NCBI GenBank assembly: GCA_046483065.1
Contig: JAWODW010000089.1
Coordinates: forward strand, 96,403-160,402
From: Longimicrobiales bacterium
GTDB lineage: Bacteria; Gemmatimonadota; Gemmatimonadetes; Longimicrobiales; RSA9
Direction of reading: 5' to 3'
DNA length: 64,000 nucleotides
The notes under the pieces were generated by a model. It was not told the DNA's origin and searched no databases. It worked only from the letters and a program-made list of their open reading frames with translations. This document shows, one piece after another, positions 9,868 to 19,050 of this stretch. Position numbers and translations under genes: made by a program. Every line of letters starts with the position of its first letter. Position 1 is the stretch's first letter.

Positions 9868-10317
9868 GCTTTTCCAGGCGCGCATCTCCACGGGCCCATC
9901 TCGATGCCGTCGGAATGCCCGTCCAGCAGGTCGCGGCCCTCAGCAGGTCGCGGCCCTCAGGATGCTTGCCAACGTGTGCAGGGCTCGGCAGGGTGAGCGC
10001 AGAGCCAGTCGGGTCGCCCTCGAGAGCGGTAAGAAGTTCGGGAGAAGTCCCCACACTTCGCTCCCAACACCGATCCGGGGGAAGTTCTGAACAGTCCTTG
10101 TACACAACTCCCCACGGATCGAATCCCCGACGGCGATTCCTGGGGACTCCTGAACAAGGAGTGTATCGAAGGCCCCACACTTCCGGGTTCAGCTGGATGT
10201 TTGGGGGGTTGTCCCGCGGGATGTTACCGCCCGCGCCTCGGCTTTAGCCGCGCTGCAGCCTGGCCACCCGCGCTCTGCCTCACCCTCACCCTCGCGGCCG
10301 GCCGCCCCGGGCCCTTC

Positions 10318-11157
10318 TCAGATCCCGCCCAGGAAGCCGTTCAGCGCCGCATTGAACGCGGCCGGGTTCTCCAGGTTGCTCAGGTGGCCGGCGTCGGGGA
10401 TCACCACCAGCTCCGCCTCGGGGATGGCGTTGGTCATGGCTCGTGCGGTATCGGGCGGTGTGATGGCGTCGTGCTCGCCGACCACGACCAGCGTCCGGGC
10501 GGGGAGGGTGGCAAGGTCGGCGGTCCTGTCGTGGCGAGCGGCCATGCCGGCGAGGGCGGCCACGAGGGTCTCTGCCGGCGTCCCCAGGATCATGGACCGC
10601 ACCTTCTCCACGACTTCGGGCTTTTCCTCCCGGGTCCGTTCGGTCAGGAGGTCCGGGATCATGGCCTGGGCCACGGGGCGGGCGCCGACGGCGCGCACGG
10701 TCTGGGCCACGCGCATGCGGTTCTCCCGGCCTTCGTCGTCGTCGGCGGTGGCGCGGGTGTCGGCGAGGATCAGGCCGCGGACCAGCTCGGGGCGTCGTCG
10801 CACGAGTTCGAAGGCCACATAGCCGCCCATGGAGAGCCCGCAGACTACTGCGGGGCCGTCGGCCTCCCGCTCGATGAGAGCCGCCATGTCATCGGCGAGG
10901 CAGGTCATGGAGAGGACGGGCTCGTCGGGGCGGGCGATCCCGGCGCCCATCCGCTTGCCGGACGGGGTGCAGCCGTCGCCATCGATGGGCGAGCGACCGA
11001 AGCCCCGGAGGTCGGGCGCGAGGCCGCGCCAGCCCGCGGGGAGGGCGGCGAGCTGGGGCTCCCACATGGAGCCGTCGAAGGGAAACCCGTGGATGAAGAA
11101 GACGGAGCCCCCGGTGGCGTTCTCCCGGGGCCCCGACTCGTGCATATGGGGGTTCAT
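10318..11157 (-). CDS. Alpha/beta-fold hydrolase
   Basis: HGFPFDGSMW oxyanion region and nucleophile elbow GLSMGG. Start moved to MNPHMHE (11157), downstream of the stop of the preceding gene (11171). Confidence 0.8.
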   Translation of the reverse strand: MNPHMHESGPRENATGGSVFFIHGFPFDGSMWEPQLAALPAGWRGLAPDLRGFGRSPIDGDGCTPSGKRMGAGIARPDEPVLSMTCLADDMAALIEREADGPAVVCGLSMGGYVAFELVRRRPELVRGLILADTRATADDDEGRENRMRVAQTVRAVGARPVAQAMIPDLLTERTREEKPEVVEKVRSMILGTPAETLVAALAGMAARHDRTADLATLPARTLVVVGEHDAITPPDTARAMTNAIPEAELVVIPDAGHLSNLENPAAFNAALNGFLGGI

Positions 11158-11170
11158 GGACCGCGTGGGT

Positions 11171-11467
11171 TCAGAGTCCGAGGGACGAGCGGATGAGTGG
11201 GTCCATCTTCTCGGGGCTCCACGGCGGGTCGAAGGTGAGCTCGACATCGGCGTGGTCCACACCGTCGAGGGCCTCGACCTCGCGCTTCACGTCGGCCAGG
11301 ATCTGGTCGACTGCCGGGCACATCGGGGTGGTCAGCGACATGGTCACATGGACGTGGTCGCCCGTGACGTCCACGTCGTAGATCAGACCCAGGACCACCA
11401 GGTCCAGGTTGAGCTCCGGGTCCTTTACGTTCCGCAATGCCTGCTTGATCGTTGCTTCATCCACCAT
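11171..11467 (-). CDS. DUF59/MIP18-family (SufT-like) Fe-S assembly protein
   Basis: 98 aa with V(K)DPELNLDLV..LGLIYDV and the TTPMCP motif typical of the family. Confidence 0.8.
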   Translation of the reverse strand: MVDEATIKQALRNVKDPELNLDLVVLGLIYDVDVTGDHVHVTMSLTTPMCPAVDQILADVKREVEALDGVDHADVELTFDPPWSPEKMDPLIRSSLGL

Positions 11468-11630
11468 CGTTTCACCCTGCCCCGCCGTCCGGCCACCGGA
11501 CCGCGTTGAAGTCCCGTTTCACGTTGAAGTGGTTACCCCGAACCCCGCCCACCGTTTCGTCCGCCGCCTGCCCGCGTCCCGGCCTTCGGGCGCTCCCCGA
11601 CCCCGATCCCCCGACCCCGATCTCCCGACC

Positions 11631-12785
11631 TCAATCGACGCGTGTGACGACCACGAAGGAGACATCGGTCTCCGCACCTCGAGCCTGCACCTTCTGGAAG
11701 GCCGCCTGGAGGAGACGTGCGAGCTCTGCGGGCTCGGCGTCGGCCCGTCCCCTCACCAGTTCCACGGCGCCCTTCACGAGGCCTGTGGGCGCCTCGGAGA
11801 AGGCCAGGAGCGTGTCGCCGGGCGCGAGGTCGAGGGTGGTGACGTCGTAGTCGAAGTGGGGCAGGATCCCCAGTGGCGGGCCGTGGGTAGGGGCCTCCTC
11901 GGTGGTGCCATTGCCGCGGAGGATGACGGCGGGCTGGTCGCCGGCGCAGCTCCATGCCAGGGTGCCGTCCTGGATGTAGATCAGGGCGGCTTCCACGCAC
12001 TCGTCGAGCCCCTCGAAGAGGTTCTGGAAGGTGGCGCTGTTCAGGCGACGGAGGAGCGTCCCGGCCTCCTCGCCGGGCCCCAGCTCCCGGAGCAGCGCCC
12101 GGGTGATGGCGATGAGGTAGGCCGGCGGCAGCCCCGTGCCCTTCACGTCCATGAGGGTCAGGATGGTGCGGCCGTCCTCGGTGGTGAACCCGTCCCAGAG
12201 CGACCCTCCGCCCACCGCCTCGTCCCGGGCGGTGGCGCCGGCGATGTGGAACCCATCGGCCTGGGGTGCGCTGCGGGGCTCGAGCCCCTGGAGGACCAGG
12301 CGGCCGAACTCACGGAACGCGTCGCCGCCGCCGCCGGACTCCCGGGCGGCGAAGCGGACGTCCAGCGCCCGCAGCGCCCGAGCGAGGCCTCGCATCAAGC
12401 GCACCGCGATGGACTCGCCGCCCAGCAGCTCCTCGAACTCGATCTTGGCGACGGTCAGGAGCTGGGTGTCCTCCACGGCCCGGACGGATGCCGATCGGGG
12501 CGCGTCGTTCAGGAGCGACATCTCGCCGAAGGCCTCGCCACCCCGTTTCACCGCGAGCCGCTCGTGGTCGCCCAACGGCCGCTCCTTCAGGATCTCCACG
12601 GCGCCGTCGAACACGATGTAGAACTTGTCGCCGCGGTCACCCTCCCGGAAGAGGAACTCTCCTGCATTGATTTCCCTGGGGTTCACGAGATCAGCGATCC
12701 GCTCCAGGTCGGCGCGCGGGAGTCCCTGAAAGAGGGGGACGCGCCCCAGGACCTCGATGACGTGCTCGGCCGTCTCTGCGCTCAT
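11631..12785 (-). CDS. Cyclic-nucleotide-binding domain fused to a SpoIIE/PP2C-type phosphatase domain
   Basis: The N-terminal cNMP-binding domain carries the phosphate-binding cassette FGEMSLLNDAPRSASVRA. The C-terminal half resembles SpoIIE (GGSLWDGF...MDVKGTGLPPAYL...GDTLLAFSEA). Confidence 0.8.
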   Translation of the reverse strand: MSAETAEHVIEVLGRVPLFQGLPRADLERIADLVNPREINAGEFLFREGDRGDKFYIVFDGAVEILKERPLGDHERLAVKRGGEAFGEMSLLNDAPRSASVRAVEDTQLLTVAKIEFEELLGGESIAVRLMRGLARALRALDVRFAARESGGGGDAFREFGRLVLQGLEPRSAPQADGFHIAGATARDEAVGGGSLWDGFTTEDGRTILTLMDVKGTGLPPAYLIAITRALLRELGPGEEAGTLLRRLNSATFQNLFEGLDECVEAALIYIQDGTLAWSCAGDQPAVILRGNGTTEEAPTHGPPLGILPHFDYDVTTLDLAPGDTLLAFSEAPTGLVKGAVELVRGRADAEPAELARLLQAAFQKVQARGAETDVSFVVVTRVD

Positions 12786-12983
12786 GCGGGTGCCTCCACC
12801 GGCGAGTGCTGAATGAGGGAACGATGGAATCTAGGGCATGGGTGCCCTCCCGCAAAAGGGAATGAAAGACTTGCAGGGGGTCGGCGCGACGGCCATTTTG
12901 ACCTTTCGACCTGTGGGTACCGACTCCCGAGTCCCCGCATCCTCTCCCTGTTTCCTGCGGTCGCCAGCGCCCTTACGACGATT

Positions 12984-13922
12984 ATGCACGGTGAAGTGAA
13001 GTCAGACACGGTGGACACGCCGAGCGCATCACAGGCGGGCGCGGCGGGTTCGGTCCTGCGTGCCACCTGCTGGGGTACGCGCGGATCGATCCCGAGCCCG
13101 GGGCCGGCCACGGCGCGTTTCGGCGGGAACACGTCCTGCCTGGAGATCCGCACCGACGACGACCGGTGCCATATCTTCGACGCGGGCACCGGGATCCGGG
13201 TGCTGGGCAACCGTCTGGTCCAGGAGGACGGGCCCACGACCGTGAACCTGTTCGTGACCCATTTCCACTGGGACCACATTCAGGGGATCCCGTTCTTCGA
13301 TCCGCTGCACGCGGAGGGCAGCTTCATCCGGATCCACGCAGCCCGCCAGGGCGACCTGGACATCGAGACGCTGCTGAAGGCACAGATGGGGCCGGTCTAC
13401 TTCCCGGTGCCGTACGAGGCGCTGGCGGCGGACCTCTCCTTCGAACACCTGTCGGGCGAGCCGTGGCGCGACAATGGGACGGAGGTGGCGGCCTACCGGG
13501 CCCGCCACGCGGCCTATACGTACGGCTACCGGATCACCACCGGGGCCTCGGCGGTGGCGTACATCCCGGACAACGAGCTGGTGGGGTCGAGCTATCCGGT
13601 GGACGGTCCCGACTGGTACCCCGGCCTGCTCGATTTCCTGGACGGCGTGGACCTGCTCTTCCACGACGCCATGTTCACCGAGGAGGAGTACCCCAGCGTG
13701 GAAGGCTGGGGTCACAGCACGTTCAAGCAGGCCGTGGAGCTCGCCGAGGACGCGGGCGTGAAGCGGCTGTACTTCTTTCATCATGCGCCCGAGCGAACCG
13801 ATGCCGAGCTCCTGAACATCCTCGACCGGATGCGGGAGGACGTGGATCGGCGCGGGTCCGGCCTCGAGCTGGGCGTCGCGGCGGAGGGCGAAGAACTCCT
13901 GGTTCAGGGAGGCGAATCGTGA
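12984..13922 (+). CDS. MBL-fold metallo-hydrolase (possible cyclic-nucleotide phosphodiesterase)
   Basis: THFHWDH metal motif and a GTRGS...GGNTSC N-terminal pattern. Start set at the ATG at 12984. The PDE role is inferred from context only. Confidence 0.8.
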   Translation: MHGEVKSDTVDTPSASQAGAAGSVLRATCWGTRGSIPSPGPATARFGGNTSCLEIRTDDDRCHIFDAGTGIRVLGNRLVQEDGPTTVNLFVTHFHWDHIQGIPFFDPLHAEGSFIRIHAARQGDLDIETLLKAQMGPVYFPVPYEALAADLSFEHLSGEPWRDNGTEVAAYRARHAAYTYGYRITTGASAVAYIPDNELVGSSYPVDGPDWYPGLLDFLDGVDLLFHDAMFTEEEYPSVEGWGHSTFKQAVELAEDAGVKRLYFFHHAPERTDAELLNILDRMREDVDRRGSGLELGVAAEGEELLVQGGES

Positions 13923-15868
13923 GAATCCGACATTTCCTGGTCCTGGCGGCCGTCACCCTGTTCGTGGCGTTCGGGCCGCCGGAGCGGACTTCACCGGCGA
14001 AGTGGGCGCTGGTCGTCGGGATCAGCGACTACACCCACTTCGGCGACGAGGTCGGGGGCGACCTGCCGGGCGCGGCGAACGACGCCCGGGCCATCGCCGA
14101 TGTGCTGGTCAACAAGTACGACTTCGCGCCGGGGAACGTGAAGCTGATCCTCGATGGGGCCGCGACCCGTGCCCGGCTCGAATCGGAGTGGACCGAGTGG
14201 CTGCCGTCCGTGGCCCGGCCCGGAGATCTGGTCTGGTTCTACTTCGCCGGTCACGGCTCCCAGGCGTGGGACCTGGACGGCGACGAGGAGGACGGCCTCG
14301 ACGAGACCGTATGCCCGGCGGACGTGACCCGGGGCAACACGGACATGGACATCCTCGATGACGAGATCGGCCAGTGGCTGGACCAGCTCCCGACCGACAA
14401 CGTGATCGTGGTCTGGGACAAGTGCCACGCCAAGAGCAGCACCCGGGCGGTCACGCCGTTCGCGCGGCCCCGGTCGCTGGACCGGAACGTGAAGGAGGAT
14501 GTGGCCAAGCCGGAGGGCGCCACCGAGGGCCGGACCACGGCGGCCGCCGAGGACGGCGGGCCGTCCGGCTCCGGCGTGCTCGAGATCGCGTCGGCCCAGG
14601 CCGATGAAGTGGCCATCGACGCCGCGTTCCCCAGCAAGCAGGGCGGCGACCCGACGTACGGCGGCGCGTTCACCACGCCCTTCGTCCAGAACATGTGGAA
14701 CGCGACGGATGAAGCCACCTACGAGGAGGTCTTCAACCAGACCAAGGGCGCCATGCGGCGGAACCGGTTCCGGCAGGAACCGGCCATCGATGACAAATCG
14801 CTGAAGGATCGACCGCTCTTCTGGGTCGATGCCGAGGCGGAGGCGGGCGCGGACGAGCCGGAAGCGGTGCCCGGCGCGACCTCCGCAACGGCCCCGGTGA
14901 AGGGTACCGTTCGGATCCTCGAGCTGCCGTCGGAGACCCAAGCCATTCTGGCCGGCGGGTTCAACGCCGACATCACGGCCCGCTCCATCTATACCGCCGG
15001 CGACGAGGTGCTGGAAGTCACCCGCGTCGACCCGGATCGGGCCGAGGCTCGAGTGACTACCCGGGAGACCCGGGGGATCGGCGTGAGTCGGGAGGGCGAG
15101 ATGGCGGTCGGCTCCCGGGCGCGGCTGGTGGCGTACCGCTACCCGGACGCCATGCTGCAGGTGATGGTGGCGGATCTGCCGGGGCGGGTGCAGGCGGGGC
15201 TCCGCAGTGAGCTGGTCAGCGTGCCGTCGCTGGTCCTGGTCACGGACCCGACGGCGTTCTCGCACCTGCTGGTACGCCCCAGGAACGACCATTACGTGGT
15301 CCTGAACCTGGACGGCTTCCCCCGGGACTCAGTGGCCGCGTCCGACGAGGCGGCCGAAGAGCTGGCCTCGCTGCTGAAACGGGAGTTCGGCCAGTTCCAG
15401 CTCACGGAGCTGGAGAACCCGGGCCAGCCGTTCGACGTCGACTTCACGTTCGGCAGCGGCGGCAACGAGTTCCGCCTGGGTGAGACCGTCTCGTTCCGGG
15501 TGGTCTCCGATCGGGAAGGGTACCTGACCATCGTGGACCTGGCGCCCGACGGCACAGTGAGTGTGATCTTCCCCAATGAGTACGTGGCGGAGAACCGCGT
15601 GTACGCGAATCGGCCCACCGAGTTCCCGACGCCCGACATGAACCTCCAGTTCACGGCCATCGAGCCCGTGGGCCGCGGGGTGGTCCGGACGTTCGTGACG
15701 GAACGGCCGCTGGTCATGCCCTTCGCACAGGGTGCGGACGCCGCGGAGGCGGAGCGGATCTGGCAGGCGCTGCGGAACGCGGCGGGCCGATCGCCGATCC
15801 AGGGCAGTGACGCCATCCCGGTCCACAACTGGGCCACGTCGGCCATCGTCTACGAGATCCGGCGCTAG
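13919..15868 (+). CDS. Exported caspase-like (peptidase C14) protein with DUF4384-like C-terminal domain
   Basis: The GTG at 13919 overlaps the upstream TGA (GTGA). Hydrophobic N-terminus. Catalytic His in FYFAGHGSQ and Cys in WDKCHAKS. C-terminal GETVSFRVVSDREGYLTIVDLAPDGTVSVIFPNEY matches the DUF4384 pattern. Confidence 0.85.
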   Translation: MRIRHFLVLAAVTLFVAFGPPERTSPAKWALVVGISDYTHFGDEVGGDLPGAANDARAIADVLVNKYDFAPGNVKLILDGAATRARLESEWTEWLPSVARPGDLVWFYFAGHGSQAWDLDGDEEDGLDETVCPADVTRGNTDMDILDDEIGQWLDQLPTDNVIVVWDKCHAKSSTRAVTPFARPRSLDRNVKEDVAKPEGATEGRTTAAAEDGGPSGSGVLEIASAQADEVAIDAAFPSKQGGDPTYGGAFTTPFVQNMWNATDEATYEEVFNQTKGAMRRNRFRQEPAIDDKSLKDRPLFWVDAEAEAGADEPEAVPGATSATAPVKGTVRILELPSETQAILAGGFNADITARSIYTAGDEVLEVTRVDPDRAEARVTTRETRGIGVSREGEMAVGSRARLVAYRYPDAMLQVMVADLPGRVQAGLRSELVSVPSLVLVTDPTAFSHLLVRPRNDHYVVLNLDGFPRDSVAASDEAAEELASLLKREFGQFQLTELENPGQPFDVDFTFGSGGNEFRLGETVSFRVVSDREGYLTIVDLAPDGTVSVIFPNEYVAENRVYANRPTEFPTPDMNLQFTAIEPVGRGVVRTFVTERPLVMPFAQGADAAEAERIWQALRNAAGRSPIQGSDAIPVHNWATSAIVYEIRR

Positions 15869-15890
15869 CCCGGGGGAGGGGAAGCGCTGA

Positions 15891-18080
15891 ATGGAGCGGC
15901 AACGCTGGATCCTGGCAGGGGTGGCGGCGCTGCTGGCGGCAGGCGTGGCCCACGGCCTCACCCATATGCAGTTCTTCGACCCCATCTTCGGGCAGGCGGA
16001 GGACCGCACGCTGGCGTGGCGGCAGCGGTCGGTGGCCAGTGAGCCCCGGGACTCCAGCGAGATCCGCCTGGTCCTCCTGGATGAGGAGAGCGCGGAGAGC
16101 GCGCCGTACATCAGTCCGTTCCCACGGGGGGTGCTCGCCGATGTCATCGAAGTGGCGTCCGCCTTCGGCGCCGACGCCATCGGCCTCGACGTCTACCTCC
16201 AGCGCCGCTACCCGGAGCTGGACCCTGTGGGTGGCGGCGATGAACGGCTCCGGGCCGCCATCGAGAAGGCCGGCAACGTGATCCTGGCGGCGCCGCTGGC
16301 CCAGACTGACAGCGGGTGGGTCACGGAGCCGCCCGATCCCTACTTCGCCGAGGCGGCCGCCGGCGTGGGCTACGCCGAGATCCCCACGGCGTTCGACGTG
16401 GTCTCGGAGGCGACGCTGTTCACTCGAACGGTGAGCGACGGGTTGGTCCCGGGCTTCGCCCTGGCCACCTACGCCCAGGCCGAGGGGCTCGACGTCGACT
16501 CCCTCATGGCGTCCATCGAGGAGAAAGGGTACCTGGATCTGCCGGGGCTGCCCCGGGAGTTCGGCGGGCTGAAGGCGGACGTCCCCGTCCACAACATCCG
16601 GATCCTCTTCGCCGGCCCGCCGAGCCGACCCGCCCGGCTGGAGGTCGGCGCCGGGGGGCAGACCACGGGGACCGGCGCCGAGGGCGGCACGGGCGCGTTC
16701 ACGGCCTTCGCATCGGAGGCCGTAAGCCTCCTGAGCGACCTGGTGGCCATGAACCCGGACCTGGTCAGCGATTTCTACGGCTTCGGCGACAACGTGGTCA
16801 TGGTGGGGAGCGGGTTCCATCCGGAGGAGAAGTTCAAGACCCCGTTCTACGACGCGACCGATGAAGCCGGGAAGATCTACGGCTGGATGTTCGGGACGGA
16901 GGTCCACGCCAACGCGCTGCACGACCTCCTGACCGGGAAGTACGTCCGGCCCCTCAGCGACGCCCGGAACTTCTTCCTGCTCCTGATCCTCGCCGGGATC
17001 ACGGCAGGCGTCACCTTCTGGCGGGGCGTCACGTGGGGCGCCATCGCGGTGATCGGGCTGTTCCTGGCCGATGCCGTCACCGCCTGGATCGCCTTTGACG
17101 CCACCTTCCTCCATGTGCCCGTGGTGGGCCCGGCCCTGGCCGCCGGCTTCGCGTTCCTGGGCTCCACCTCCTACATCAGCATCATCGAGGGGAAAGAGAA
17201 GCGGGCCATCCGGAGCGCCTTCGGGAAGTACCTCTCGCCGGTGGTAGTGGACGAGCTGGTGGCCGACCCGTCGCGGCTGAAGCTGGGCGGTGAGAAGCGG
17301 GAGCTGAGCATCCTGTTCAGCGACCTGGCGGGCTTCACGAGCCTCTCCGAGTCGCTGGAGCCCGACCTGCTGGTGGGGCTGCTGAACGAATACCTCGATG
17401 ACATGGCGGACATCGTCATGAGCGAGGGCGGCACGCTGGACAAGTACATCGGTGACGCCATCATGGCGCTCTACGGCGCGCCGGCACCGCTCCCGGACCA
17501 CGCCGTCCGGGTGTGCCGCACCGCGCTCCGGATGCAGCGACGGCTGGAGCAGCTGAACAGCGGGTGGGCCGAGGCCGGTCGGCCGCAGCTCGGGATGCGC
17601 ATCGGGATCAACACCGGTCACCCCGTGGTGGGCAACATCGGCGGGGAGAAGCGGTTCGACTACACCGCCCTGGGCGACGCCGTGAACCTGGCCGCCCGGC
17701 TCGAGCCGGCGTGCAAGATCTACCGCGTGGACACCATGATCGCCCACGGCACGCGGGAGGCCGCCGGCGACGCCATCCGGACCCGGGAGCTGGACCTCCT
17801 GGCCGTGTACGGCAAGGAGGAGCCCGTCCCGGTGTACGAGCTGGTGGCGCTGGCCGGTGAGGAGCTGGGTGAGCGGGCGGAGTTGATCGAGCAGTTCGAG
17901 AAGGGGATCGAGGCCTATCGGAACCGCGACTTCGAGCTCGCGAAGACATACTTCGAGGCCGCACTCGAGATCGATGCGGAAGACGGGCCGTCCTTCCTGT
18001 ACGTGGAGCGATGCAACGAATACATGACCAACCCGCCGCCGGCCGAATGGGACGGTGTGGAGCGGCGGCAGGTGAAATGA
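15891..18080 (+). CDS. CHASE2 sensor domain / class III adenylate (or guanylate) cyclase
   Basis: N-terminal extracytoplasmic region followed by three or more TM helices. Cyclase core motifs LSILFSDLAGFT, DKYIGDAIMA and YTALGDAVNLAARLE. TPR-like tail. Confidence 0.88.
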   Translation: MERQRWILAGVAALLAAGVAHGLTHMQFFDPIFGQAEDRTLAWRQRSVASEPRDSSEIRLVLLDEESAESAPYISPFPRGVLADVIEVASAFGADAIGLDVYLQRRYPELDPVGGGDERLRAAIEKAGNVILAAPLAQTDSGWVTEPPDPYFAEAAAGVGYAEIPTAFDVVSEATLFTRTVSDGLVPGFALATYAQAEGLDVDSLMASIEEKGYLDLPGLPREFGGLKADVPVHNIRILFAGPPSRPARLEVGAGGQTTGTGAEGGTGAFTAFASEAVSLLSDLVAMNPDLVSDFYGFGDNVVMVGSGFHPEEKFKTPFYDATDEAGKIYGWMFGTEVHANALHDLLTGKYVRPLSDARNFFLLLILAGITAGVTFWRGVTWGAIAVIGLFLADAVTAWIAFDATFLHVPVVGPALAAGFAFLGSTSYISIIEGKEKRAIRSAFGKYLSPVVVDELVADPSRLKLGGEKRELSILFSDLAGFTSLSESLEPDLLVGLLNEYLDDMADIVMSEGGTLDKYIGDAIMALYGAPAPLPDHAVRVCRTALRMQRRLEQLNSGWAEAGRPQLGMRIGINTGHPVVGNIGGEKRFDYTALGDAVNLAARLEPACKIYRVDTMIAHGTREAAGDAIRTRELDLLAVYGKEEPVPVYELVALAGEELGERAELIEQFEKGIEAYRNRDFELAKTYFEAALEIDAEDGPSFLYVERCNEYMTNPPPAEWDGVERRQVK

Positions 18081-18097
18081 GGAAAGGGAGGGTCGCA

Positions 18098-19048
18098 ATG
18101 CGGTCCATACACACGCGAATGGGATCCATCGTCCTGGCGCTCATGCTCACCGCGGGCGTGGCCGCGGCCGCCGTGGTGCTGCCGGCGGAGCCGGTGGCGC
18201 TGCTGGTGAAGTTCGAGGGTGACGTCAACGTCCAGCGGGCGGACGCCGAAACGTCGGAGGCCGGCGCCGTCGGCATGCAGCTGGTGCCCGGTGACCAGGT
18301 GGTGGTGGCCGCCGGCTCCGAAGCCGTGGTCCTCTACAAGACCGGCCAGCTGGTGAAGGCCGCATCGACGGTGACCATCGAGGCGGTGGAAACCGAGGAG
18401 TCGAGCAGTCTGTTCACCAACACCCTGCGCACCCTCGGGCAGGTGGCGAGCACCGACGCCCGGACCCAGCCGAACCGCCAGGGAATGATCCGGCCCATCG
18501 CCGGCGCGCCCGTCCCCATCGCGCCCCGGAACCGGATCAAAGTCCTCGACGTCCGTCCTACCTTCACCTGGTTCAGCGTGGACGGCACGTCGGAGTACAT
18601 GATCCAGCTCCAGCGCCAGGGCGCCGACTCGCCGGCACCGGTCCGGTTCCAGGTGGGTGAGGACACCACGTGGACGCTCCCGTTGACCGAGCCGCCGCTG
18701 GTCCCCGGCGCCACCTACGTCTGGACCGTGGGCAGCCCCGCCGGCCGGGTGGCGGAGCCGAAGCGGTTCACCGTGGCCTCCGCCGAGGACATCGCCGCCG
18801 TACAGGAGGCCATGACAAACCTCATTGGCGCGGGGATCGACCCGGCCACCGATGGCCTCTTCCTCACCGCCCTCGCCTACCGCGACGCCGGGCTCTTCTA
18901 CGAGGCGCACCGGGCCATCGCCGAGATCGAGGAGAACGGCAACGGCACCGGCCGCGCCTTCTTCATGCTGAAGGGCGAGGTGCTGGATACCCTCGGTATG
19001 GTCGACGCGGCGGCCCGGGCGTTCGACAGGGCCGAGGACGCGCCGTAG
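18098..19048 (+). CDS. Exported FecR-like / DUF928-like / TPR protein
   Basis: GGGAGGG lies 5 nt before the ATG at 18098, and an alternative ATG at 18077 overlaps the cyclase stop. Signal peptide present. FecR-like pattern VKFEGDVNVQRA...GMQLVPGDQVVVAAGSEAVVLY. C-terminal TPR. Confidence 0.7.
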   Translation: MRSIHTRMGSIVLALMLTAGVAAAAVVLPAEPVALLVKFEGDVNVQRADAETSEAGAVGMQLVPGDQVVVAAGSEAVVLYKTGQLVKAASTVTIEAVETEESSSLFTNTLRTLGQVASTDARTQPNRQGMIRPIAGAPVPIAPRNRIKVLDVRPTFTWFSVDGTSEYMIQLQRQGADSPAPVRFQVGEDTTWTLPLTEPPLVPGATYVWTVGSPAGRVAEPKRFTVASAEDIAAVQEAMTNLIGAGIDPATDGLFLTALAYRDAGLFYEAHRAIAEIEENGNGTGRAFFMLKGEVLDTLGMVDAAARAFDRAEDAP

Positions 19049-19050
19049 CC

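Noticed and set aside
10110-10130. tRNA T-loop-like string GGATCGAATCCCC
   Set aside because: I could not build a T-stem, acceptor stem or anticodon arm on either strand. The string is part of a dispersed repeat also seen at 55422-55433. I also checked for a tmRNA-like 5' motif on the minus strand, and no tag-peptide ORF or 3' tRNA-like end was found.
13166-13918. N-terminal 251 codons of the 900-aa track ORF
   Set aside because: This part overlaps the MBL hydrolase gene in another frame and is Arg/Gly/Pro-rich. The caspase gene more plausibly starts at GTG 13919, which is coupled to the MBL stop and followed by a hydrophobic signal.
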